DNA of 44,815 nucleotides from a virus: IMG/VR virus record IMGVR_UViG_3300045988_148821, positions 1 to 44,815 of that record; one strand, 5' to 3'. Shown piece by piece: positions 39,601 to 44,815 of this stretch (position 1 is its first letter; each line of letters starts with the position of its first letter). The notes under the pieces were generated by a model. It saw only the letters and a program-made list of their open reading frames with translations, ran no database searches and was not told where the DNA came from. The position numbers and the translations under genes were made by a program.

Positions 39601-41776
39601 GCACGCCAAGGACATGACGGGGTACGACTCTCAGGACTTCTTCTCAGTCCTGAAGCAGTTGGAAACGTTGGGTCGCAACGTCTACAACCAGAACCTTGCG
39701 GACGAATTGGGCCGGATCGACGAAATCGTGAAGGAAGGCAAGGAGGCCATTAAGGAGGCGGCCGACCGCCAGGGACGTGACGTCATTGAAAACGAACGTG
39801 TGCCTTTCACGCGGTGGGAACGCTGGCGCGACAACGTGCACCAATTCTTGCTGAACCACGTCAAGATTCAGTCTTGGTGTCGAATCTTCGACCAAAATCA
39901 GTCCGGCGGTTTCTTCTGGAATTTGTTCATCCGTTCGGCCAACGAGCGGTCGACGTTCGAAAACTCCATGCGCGCTAAGGTCTCGAAGACGTTGGCCGAA
40001 AAGCTGGCCCCGGTGTTCAAGAAGAGCCAGGATGAAGACCCGGTGATTATTCCGGGATTCTCCAAGCCCTTCACCCACGGGCAGCGTATTGCCGTGGCCT
40101 TGAACTGCGGCAACGACAGTAATCGACAGCGCTTGGTGGACGGCGACTGCCGCTTCACGGATGATGCGCTGCAGGCCATTTTCGCTACGTTGACGGAAGC
40201 CGACTGGAGGGCCGTGGAAGCAGTGTGGCAGCAGTTTGAAGAGCTGCGGCCGCTGATTGCCGAGAAGGAAAAGCGGGTATTCGGGACGGAACCCGAGTGG
40301 ATTGATTATCAGCCCTTCATGGTGAAAACGGCCGAAGGGAAAATCATCCAGGTGTCCGGCGGCTACTATCCGGTGAAGTTTGACCCCCGTGGGTCGAACC
40401 GTGCGGCCAAGTACGCCGACGCGAACGACGTCCGGCAGGAAATGCAGGGCGCCTATCAGTCCGCCACGACGCGCCGATCCTTCACCAAGTCCCGTGTGCA
40501 GGGCGATGTACACATGCCGCTTCGCATCGATCTGGCGGCCCTCTATGAAGGCTTCAATGATGTCATCCATGATCTTGCTTGGCACGAATGGCTGATCGAA
40601 ACCAAACGCGTTTTGGACGGTGTGAACGGCCGGGACTCCGGTCTGCGCCAGGCGATTAAGGAGCGCTACGGCTACCTGGTGGCGAAGCAGTTTGAAGATT
40701 GGCGCAAGGACATTGCCACCGGCGGCCGCGACTCTGCCGACAGTTGGGTGAACCGTATGGCGGCCAATGTCGGCGTCGCCACGATGGGCTTCAGCGTCAC
40801 GTCGGCCTTTGTCCAGCTGACGGGCATTGGGTACGTTATCCCGCGCGTGGGTATCGCCCCTGTGATGACGGCCGTCGGGAAGTTCATTTCGGATCCGGCG
40901 GGACTGCATAGCGCCATCACCAAGAAGTCAGAAGCCATGCGCCTGCGCGGACTCACGCAGAACCGTGAAATCGCCCAGGTTCGAAATCGCTTGGAATCCG
41001 GCAAGCATTGGTTCAAGGATCACGCCTACGTCATGATGACCATCATGCAAAACATCGTGGATTCCATCACGTGGCAGGCGGCTTATGACCGGTACACCCG
41101 CGAAGGGAATTCCGAAGACAAGGCTATCGCTATGGCCGACCAGGTGGTGATTGATACTCAGTCGTCCGGCAATGTGTCTGATCTGTCCGCCATTGAGCGC
41201 AGTCAGGGGGCGCGGCTTTTCACTGTCTTCTACTCGTGGATGAACGCGGCGCTTAATATGGGTGTCGTGGAAGCCATGGGTGAGAATGACCGGGCGAAGG
41301 CTGCAGCGCGGTTGCTCTTTATGGGAGCCGTGATGCCGGTGCTTGAGGCGTTGTTCCGTGAGGCGCTGCAGGCGCATGACTCGGACGATGACGACGATGA
41401 GGACTGGACGAAGCAGTGGCTTCGTAAACCTTTGGGCGACGTGGTCGAATATCACCTGGGGCTTTTCCTGGGGCTCCGAGAAGTTTCCAACACGGCCAAG
41501 TCGCTTATCGCCGGCGAACCCTTGTTCGGTTATAACGGCCCTGCCGGCACTCGCATGATTGCCAATACGGCCAATGCGATGCAGGCAGCGACTGATCCCT
41601 TGAGCTGGCGAGGCTTGAAAGTCCTGGTGGACATTGCCGGATCTCTGACCGGTGCGCCGTCCACGCAGATCAACCGGACGATCAAGGGGATTCGCGCCAT
41701 CGAATCTGGCCAGGCTGAAGGCGTAGACGCCGTTCTGGCGCCGTTGTTCGGCTTCTCCGGAAAGATCGACGAGTAG
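30647..41776 (+). CDS. Giant multi-domain (polyvalent-type) virion/ejection protein, 3,709 aa
   Basis: Single uninterrupted ORF. Contains HELQH (32975-32989) in a GWERGADGKWRREIPD...AGEVESRNVQKRR module, a YHGS...GYGLYFA module (37022-37111), HESAH (37949-37963) with ELFAEGFESYLLEG, a Gly-rich linker (about 35600-35800) and hydrophobic segments near the C-terminus. Confidence 0.85.
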   Translation: MTDYAKILSDMEAEDDGLRASEAVTPAGQTPTMRFTDTPATAKAVLRSPNPQGETPTWEQMSITERLVNGLEGGYHGLQKSRAATAAYEAEQAAQAGLSALVDDDEDESVKELLSRDTQVNRDYKAKQAAARDQAIYDYADLAKKDKEYVTPQAIQNASERAKGKGFWAGLGAAVSEMAADPLNSALYLGTSSLGAIAPYMALSAAGGGLLGAARLTSAARAVQMATMFKGSYDNELGNYLIQAMQEKGIDLQNTDAMRTALQADDLAETYEKGKKRAAVVGAFDAVAALAAPIRLNPSNAVRTVRDAAGILKASGLQGVDKVKSIPEAFGMARAATPTSRGGMWGYNLENHLTQAGLQGALGGAGEALGSLAAGDEINWADVLFEAIGELTSAPVEVVSMTASVNAAYNAQQQQAQAAKVLGENMQKVTAAVAAMGTQVKDGQTIADWANDVGQDKSVFSFAQDLVDAGVPDKIRQAAPELAARIETAAQNKADIAIPVSDVVQLAAQDEAAANSLLYESRVDADGMSPRQAEDFMKNGKQEAVAAFDKIVKDTKPDAEMRKAIDAEVDVIRKQLIDAGTAEDVADLQTRPWASWLAIRAKQTGLSPKEIMGKMNLRIRRQKSQKPGLQQFIGAKGNARMGDDAAAERMSIAESMEDHGATPEEIYRKTGWERGADGKWRREIPDLTLKPDVEKMLAIDLKSWGRAGQVGELTEPLYGMIEAPELFKAHPELENVIVTFGHADPSVRGAFNGRDIWINADFIEKGDFEGLQSTLSHELQHYIQDTEKFASGGSPSGMPGKGDVLFEDTRRLAKYRENETYKRYEALSRSIQGRIISGGSDFLNSPLYDALTAQQKEMEKSPEVDRVRKERDRLRKKWGRSPNVDYAILNTPDATEPVWDMLNMEDPEFRFQEYRRMAGEVESRNVQKRRTMSPEERAQTPISATEDVPREDQRVAFQQQLSTAMPSEASVKKGGYPNPRFARQWADLSEAKKNSRYFERAVVAMKTIPGVKGAVGRVRNVGKASERIIDFLADNLVWLYDKMPAAERDRAKLWYDGGNKTARVWAQRYGLRLRQVAAVIAIFSPQNGWFNNMTNAERLFDIYFGARREKPTPEMQTALKTLCESDKKVSFDEIKGKSLEELIEADQMRGAALWVRAYDAVTNPSAYNVLTPEGGVGGLASVPGGQGKPAKAFFFNPQSIADALSVIVDGSVDNVYDKIGTQFKVRDFYNNLYDPHNAKAATIDTHAVGADTLTIQSSNSQPVQDNFGAVGNKTSGQNGTYPLHFEAYRRASERVGLSPREMQSITWEAIRVLFEPNRKKALRSVIDGIWKEFDAGKISVDEARQKIFDAAGGLSKLSWQDTPFNDRITETYDRSGVTLYDDVRQPEPEPVLTMEAAPDPNNAEAVAQWNELSPADKLAVTQEIVPWVLERVAEQTQTHIGEPELQRGGYLGDPNYSILCRIADGGDYVKVARLLASYLRQDSVMAISQTNGEGMFSSKVIRIQLPDGFTEAQVDDLYRNHIDQIRDANGERLIMGQSTAGGVMMLSVDAENIDEIKAGLIKAFEPYDGALTFGVDDAFTGFLTPYSEEEKTNADQRNDAGREGGVRQETSAGYDADLQSETDQRLAEAIKAKIASRPRGFNQAAAYQEGVGNDRTMGGYSAEGGNGGVRTPGEGQTAAGGSGMAGEATGGMGRESGARADGGGIYSGEQPNMRGGLPLRAGGLSDKEAAYQTDKHYGKPRKGSSSVLGFHFSREPRTTLDSSFYGTGFQGAEADRLSDPQNEDIRHRIYFYADADAGVIPESEVGQYVHTVNLDNVYNVAEDPLGIVAKAEAEGTNYERDIMKAGFDGYYRPYVESWGQGGVVLVGDHKVEVEPKGVWRRTPQTKLYNSIRLKKVPLDGAQLTEDQKAALKKMTDKYGYRRVRVYDEHVDYDESLAREIDPILGKRLTVFASAYTAFNQSSENAFTPDEELIRQAVDNFGTTDNIDEAFYILPDGTMLDGSGRHWGLEEQDVNGRQVDHADVAEVMESSGAQAMYDFMGRTGAMRIDSAYGVASISRPPTSAQLEILGRSSEGNYLALSYNTPEGRIVDDTEFDSASPEEIGTFFAEAEEKAALGIAGAYAQTAYHGSPFKFDRFTLDHIGAGAGTRQHGYGLYFAMNRKTAESYRDALAGGGEYTVNGKPVSRNLESTDMEDLAATWVLREMPGTQKHPKSTQVKRAAETAIKRLNEDTERDQVDKATSSKLWNELAKIYRRPKDYSFEYTPSTEGRVYRTDIPDSDVLLSEEAAMTDQPVIVRKALQNLAFDLMAEGMDDLDKGTTSPRADARNKVIELIGKDSAEGRDVYSWLTAYAGGSKEASELLNLYGIKGLEYFSEPDGNCAVIWDDTALKILNSLEQPEQSGTRGSMMPSNAGDVRPGEGGVMTLMESADKSTFLHESAHAWLDADTMLAQDIADKVLAGGELTDGEKSFLTNLGGFFRWGQQEGVLDLGVTEDLKTVAAAVRTWAEMPINDQRGMHELFAEGFESYLLEGVSPNAEMKTIFGRFKKWLMDIYAQATRQPHPISPEVRKLYDLMFATEQQAMETQQKLGMRALFDGEIGKRLGMTDEEMAAYNALNEEATQEAEGLVAKAVHGVLRIYGNIRRKEARRILRERRDEVNKRTDEILEEPRFRALQLMTTGVKGEDGKRIKYRFAREGLKHLGITDESIYELQKRGWVAESFQPEKKWYIPDDAPEMDNGTKGGVAMVVDPSIVAETAGTTDVVGLIGDLLELKSMNDAKTEAIKSVAYKVRIESGMNPDAFDELQSNLAAHNETRSRFITAEFNALARALGKRQLMVSAAREYAVEQIGNMKLSDIRPGTFMNAERRCAAMAEQAMRKGDFGACLEAKRGQVLNHEMARAALEALDRYQRGVRMAKRAMKSKTVHPAYKKLILALLDAHSVANMTAKQREEFGKLATDPAELQELIKEVEDAGTPIEGLQRFIDSHEHAKDMTGYDSQDFFSVLKQLETLGRNVYNQNLADELGRIDEIVKEGKEAIKEAADRQGRDVIENERVPFTRWERWRDNVHQFLLNHVKIQSWCRIFDQNQSGGFFWNLFIRSANERSTFENSMRAKVSKTLAEKLAPVFKKSQDEDPVIIPGFSKPFTHGQRIAVALNCGNDSNRQRLVDGDCRFTDDALQAIFATLTEADWRAVEAVWQQFEELRPLIAEKEKRVFGTEPEWIDYQPFMVKTAEGKIIQVSGGYYPVKFDPRGSNRAAKYADANDVRQEMQGAYQSATTRRSFTKSRVQGDVHMPLRIDLAALYEGFNDVIHDLAWHEWLIETKRVLDGVNGRDSGLRQAIKERYGYLVAKQFEDWRKDIATGGRDSADSWVNRMAANVGVATMGFSVTSAFVQLTGIGYVIPRVGIAPVMTAVGKFISDPAGLHSAITKKSEAMRLRGLTQNREIAQVRNRLESGKHWFKDHAYVMMTIMQNIVDSITWQAAYDRYTREGNSEDKAIAMADQVVIDTQSSGNVSDLSAIERSQGARLFTVFYSWMNAALNMGVVEAMGENDRAKAAARLLFMGAVMPVLEALFREALQAHDSDDDDDEDWTKQWLRKPLGDVVEYHLGLFLGLREVSNTAKSLIAGEPLFGYNGPAGTRMIANTANAMQAATDPLSWRGLKVLVDIAGSLTGAPSTQINRTIKGIRAIESGQAEGVDAVLAPLFGFSGKIDE

Positions 41777-41818
41777 GGGTGCAGTTGTTGAAGCGACGGC
41801 TGTGGAGAATCCCGGCAT
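41774..41818 (+). promoter_or_regulatory. Late bipartite element copy 5
   Basis: TAG(giant gene stop)-GGG-TGCAGTTGTTG (41780-41790), 18-nt spacer, ATCCCGGCAT (41809-41818). Confidence 0.6.
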
Positions 41819-41833
41819 TACGAGGATTTCTCC

Positions 41834-44089
41834 ATGACTGTCGCTTCTACACTTCGGCGCGCCGGGCCATATACCGGCAACGGGGCAACCCGCGAATTCG
41901 CATTCACCTTCAAGGTTTTCGAGGCGAAAGACCTTTCCGTATACCGATCCACTGACACCGCTGAAGAACTTTTGGTACTCGACACGGACTATTCCGTGGA
42001 GCTTGCGGCCGATCAGGATAACTCCCCCGGCGGCAAAGTGGTTCTCAAAGAACCGCTGGAAGACGGCCGGCGCTTGGCGATTATCAGCACGGTTGCTTAC
42101 GATCAGCAATCAGTGTTCACCAACAAGGGAGGGTTCTATCCCAAGACGTTGAACCTAGTGAACGACAAGACGGTGATTCTCATCCAGCAGCTTGTCGAGC
42201 AAGTCGGCCGCGCGCTCATTACCGATCCCACGGACACCATCACCCCGCGTCAGCTGCGCGATAAGTTGCTCGCCGCGGTGGACGACGCCGTCGCTGCAGC
42301 CGGGGCGTCCAAGGCAACGCTTGCCGCCTGCGAAGCCATCAAGGACTTGATCGAACGCTACTCGTGGGACATCCCCCACCTCGTAAACTCCCTCGAAGAG
42401 GTCGAGGCTTACCCCTATGACGGGTACTTCTGGGTCAAGGGCTACGGCAATCCGGGAAACGCCGGGGAAGATATTTCGAACCGGTTGGTGGGCGGTGAGA
42501 CGCTGGGGAAACTGTTTCAGACAATCGCGGAGAAGTTGGCCGATATGCTCAGTAAGAGCGCCGTGCTTGCCTCTCCGTGGTGGCGGACTCGTCAATTTAC
42601 CGAACGCCTTGATCCCGGCATCCTTTTTACCACGGCGGTTGACTGGCGGGATTCAAACTCGCGGTACTTCCTGCAAGGGTTTTGCACCGATGGAGAGGAT
42701 ACCGTTTGGTTTGCTGAAATCACGCAGGACAACGCGTCTCAGCGAATTGTGAAATACACGGTGTCTACTGGCGTCCGAACGTCCGTGGATTACACTGATC
42801 TCTATCACGCTAATGGTCTGACGTACTGCAATGGAAAGTTGTACGTCGCGACGTTGGCTAGTGACGCGGCTCAGGCTATTGCCGTCGTTAACGCGGCTAC
42901 ATTGACGCGCGAAGGTTTTATCGCTTTGCCTGCAGCTAGTGGCGGCGCTATCGCCTACGACTCCTATACCGATCGGTTCTACACCTATGCCAACGCCCAG
43001 GTTTTGGTGTACACGCCGGACTGGGTATTGGAGCGGTCTATCCCGTGGAGCTATCCAACATGGGCTCCGGCGACAGGACAGGACTTTGGTGCATACAAGG
43101 GCTTGTTGTTCTTCCCGCGCAGTACCGCAAGCAGTACGAATGTTCTGCAGCGCGAAGAGGCCATTGTCGTGTTTGATACGGCAAAGTGCGAAGTCGTATG
43201 GAAGTGGTTCCTTGGGGGATCGTTCGCCGAGTTGGAAAGCGTGGACTTTTTTAAGGGCGCCATGCTTCTTGGCTTTAACGACAGCCCCAATGAAATTCCC
43301 TTCTATCTCGCAGATTTCGACTTGGCAGAACCGTCAGCGTTACCACAGACACAGGATAGAGTCCTCGCTGAAAGCGGGGCCTTTTTCGGTACTCTGATGC
43401 AGGAGAACGTCGCCATCTATGTGGATGCCTCGGCAGCCTACGCCGGGGATGGTACCGCGGCTAAGCCATTCAACTCTTTGAACCGGGCAATTTGGTGCCT
43501 GCAGCAGACTAAGAAGCCATACCGCGCGGTTATCAACGTGGCCGGGGACTTCTCCCGCGTCAGCGTTCTGTATCTGCAAGGACTGCTTCGCCTAGTTGTC
43601 GTGCAGCAGTGGTCAGGGAAAACGACAGCCGTTCTTCCGCCTCTCCGAATCAACGACAGTACGGTGCGATTCTCACAGCTCACGTTCAAGGGGGTTCAGG
43701 ACTACGGCGGCCTGCGAATGATCGTTCACGCCGAAGGCGGAGAAGTCGATATTCGAAACTGTAGCTTCAACTCGGACGGCGCATCGTTGTCGCCTCAGTA
43801 CGCCATCTATACCCTGCGTTGCGACCTGCGAATCAATACCCTCGACTTCTCCGGAATGTCGTCAAACCTTCCGACGAATTACCTCGTGTACTCGAACTCG
43901 GGCTCCTCCTTAAGTCTGTATTCGAATCTGGCGTCCTTTACTTTCCCCGACGGCTTCACCGGTGTGCGGTTCTTTGTGTTGGGGCCCATGTACTCGCAGT
44001 ACAGCGATTGCCGATCCAGTATGAAATCAAATATGTATGTCGGTGCAAAGACCGCCGTGGTCTACGACGGTAGCGGCACGGGTGCTTAA
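41834..44089 (+). CDS. Tail fiber/tailspike protein 1 (751 aa)
   Basis: N-terminal virion-attachment pattern (GPYTGNGATREFAFTFKVF...DLSVY). A central repeated-strand region follows, then a C-terminal IYVDASAAYAGDGTAAKPFNSLNRAI beta-helix cap-like motif. Confidence 0.75.
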   Translation: MTVASTLRRAGPYTGNGATREFAFTFKVFEAKDLSVYRSTDTAEELLVLDTDYSVELAADQDNSPGGKVVLKEPLEDGRRLAIISTVAYDQQSVFTNKGGFYPKTLNLVNDKTVILIQQLVEQVGRALITDPTDTITPRQLRDKLLAAVDDAVAAAGASKATLAACEAIKDLIERYSWDIPHLVNSLEEVEAYPYDGYFWVKGYGNPGNAGEDISNRLVGGETLGKLFQTIAEKLADMLSKSAVLASPWWRTRQFTERLDPGILFTTAVDWRDSNSRYFLQGFCTDGEDTVWFAEITQDNASQRIVKYTVSTGVRTSVDYTDLYHANGLTYCNGKLYVATLASDAAQAIAVVNAATLTREGFIALPAASGGAIAYDSYTDRFYTYANAQVLVYTPDWVLERSIPWSYPTWAPATGQDFGAYKGLLFFPRSTASSTNVLQREEAIVVFDTAKCEVVWKWFLGGSFAELESVDFFKGAMLLGFNDSPNEIPFYLADFDLAEPSALPQTQDRVLAESGAFFGTLMQENVAIYVDASAAYAGDGTAAKPFNSLNRAIWCLQQTKKPYRAVINVAGDFSRVSVLYLQGLLRLVVVQQWSGKTTAVLPPLRINDSTVRFSQLTFKGVQDYGGLRMIVHAEGGEVDIRNCSFNSDGASLSPQYAIYTLRCDLRINTLDFSGMSSNLPTNYLVYSNSGSSLSLYSNLASFTFPDGFTGVRFFVLGPMYSQYSDCRSSMKSNMYVGAKTAVVYDGSGTGA

Positions 44090-44091
44090 TC

Positions 44092-44815
44092 ATGACAATC
44101 CAATACCATTCCGGCGTCGCCCTCGCCAAGAAGAAGGGCAAGAATATTCACATCGTGGAAACGCCTGTCGGCATCGGCGATATGTTGCCGGTGATAGCCG
44201 AAGGTTCGACCGTGCCCCGGACGCTGCGTCAGCGGTTCGGGGACGTGGTGAACGTCAAAGATTTCGGGGCGGTTGGGGATGGTACTACTGATGACACTGC
44301 GGCGCTCAATATGGCGTTGTCGTATGCAAAAAAGCGCCAAAAGTACTGCATTGCTCAAGGCACTTTCTTTGTTTCCGGAACGGTGGCTATTGATTGTTCT
44401 TGTGATTTTTCAGATGCGGAGTTTACAGCGCACGGGGCTAAGGTCTCCCCCGTTTTAACCGTCGGACAGGCGGAAACGACGCACTCGACGATGCGCCGCG
44501 GGTTAAAAATGCGGCTGCCGAAAGTGGTTAATTTAGACCGGAAAGGTACGACTTTTGACGGTATCGAGTCGTCTATCGGCGTACAAGTTCTCAATCTTTT
44601 TAATGCAGAAGTCCACGTTAGCGAAATCAAAGACTTCTACAGAGGACTTTATCTCTCTGCCAACCAAACGGGAAACGCATGGAATACCTACTACCTTAGT
44701 AGCCTGAGTGAAAATCGGTATAACTTGGATATTTTTCCTACAGGTTCTGGCTGGGTCAACCAAAACGTGTTTATTGGCGGTCGTTTCCTCTCCGATTCTC
44801 AGGACAAGACTGCGA
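44092..44815 (+). CDS. Tailspike protein 2, N-terminal part (continues at 1..1191; 619 aa in total), pectate-lyase-fold type
   Basis: ATG 44092 lies 2 nt after the previous stop. VKDFGAVGDGTTDDTAALNMAL is the hallmark start of pectate-lyase-superfamily beta-helix depolymerases. The frame is open to the window end and in phase with position 1. Confidence 0.85.
   Translation, partial: MTIQYHSGVALAKKKGKNIHIVETPVGIGDMLPVIAEGSTVPRTLRQRFGDVVNVKDFGAVGDGTTDDTAALNMALSYAKKRQKYCIAQGTFFVSGTVAIDCSCDFSDAEFTAHGAKVSPVLTVGQAETTHSTMRRGLKMRLPKVVNLDRKGTTFDGIESSIGVQVLNLFNAEVHVSEIKDFYRGLYLSANQTGNAWNTYYLSSLSENRYNLDIFPTGSGWVNQNVFIGGRFLSDSQDKTA
44761..44815 (+). repeat. 55-bp terminal overlap identical to 1..55 (circularisation signature)
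   Basis: Direct base-by-base comparison of both ends. Confidence 0.95.

Larger units (their letters stand above)
1..44815. mobile_element. Complete temperate phage genome (circular contig, 44,760 bp unique), podovirus-like structural module with lambdoid-style regulation
   Basis: The 55-bp terminal overlap closes the circle. Integrase, Xis, CI/Cro, recombination, replication, terminase, portal, capsid, tail and lysis modules are all present with no flanking host genes. Confidence 0.9.

Noticed and set aside
36377-39604. 1,075-aa ORF on the minus strand inside the giant gene. Similar long antisense ORFs occur at 31664-32623, 33554-34963, 39644-40909 and 40928-42109.
   Set aside because: They lie entirely antisense to a coherent, motif-bearing + strand ORF. 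Their Arg/Gly/His/Pro-rich low-complexity composition is typical of shadow frames in GC-rich coding DNA. They have no RBS or operon context.
30647-41776. Giant protein as an N4-like virion RNA polymerase or a crAss-type two-barrel RNA polymerase
   Set aside because: I could not find a DxDGD metal-binding loop or T7-like polymerase motifs by eye. The recognisable motifs are protease- and ART-like. This should still be checked by profile search.
41834-44089. BPP-1-style diversity-generating retroelement acting on the tail fibre
   Set aside because: There is no reverse transcriptase ORF anywhere in the genome and no template/variable repeat pair near the fibre genes.
1-44815. tRNA, rRNA, tmRNA fragments or CRISPR arrays
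   Set aside because: No cloverleaf-like T-arm or acceptor signatures and no regularly spaced direct repeats were seen. The att region has no recognisable tRNA 3' end. A tRNAscan/Infernal run would be needed to be definitive.

Overview
The window is a complete, circularly closed genome of a temperate podovirus-like phage from a Gram-negative host. Bases 1-55 exactly repeat 44761-44815, so the unique length is 44,760 bp and the contig wraps inside a tailspike gene. Gene order on the circle: tailspike 3' end; terminator; lysis cassette (holin, 48-aa TM protein, M15 endolysin, embedded Rz/Rz1-type spanins); a Mu Com-like zinc-finger gene followed by a 3-gene cargo operon; an attP-like field of short repeats; a P4-type tyrosine integrase with a translationally coupled AT-rich membrane-protein moron. 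Then comes a leftward early operon (Xis, RecT, YqaJ exonuclease, small acidic proteins), a CI(S24)/Cro switch with recognisable PL/PR, and a rightward operon (DUF1376 replication protein, many small ORFs, RusA, a 72-aa HTH protein) that runs without any gap into terS/terL. The late region holds a GNAT acetyltransferase, a T7/BPP-1-type portal, Bbp19-like protein, scaffold, capsid, decoration protein, adaptor, nozzle, and internal virion proteins. One of these is a 3,709-aa multi-domain giant occupying about a quarter of the genome. Two receptor-binding proteins follow. The strongest unexplained signal is non-coding: a co-oriented bipartite element, TGCAGTTGTTG-N18/19-ATGCCGGCAT. It has five exact-core copies at late gene junctions (four abut a TAG stop) plus a degenerate sixth copy inside int. 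Several copies are followed by hairpins that bury the next gene's ribosome-binding site. No tRNA, rRNA, CRISPR array, reverse transcriptase or recognisable RNA polymerase was seen. All family assignments come from motif recognition by eye and need HMM or structure searches.
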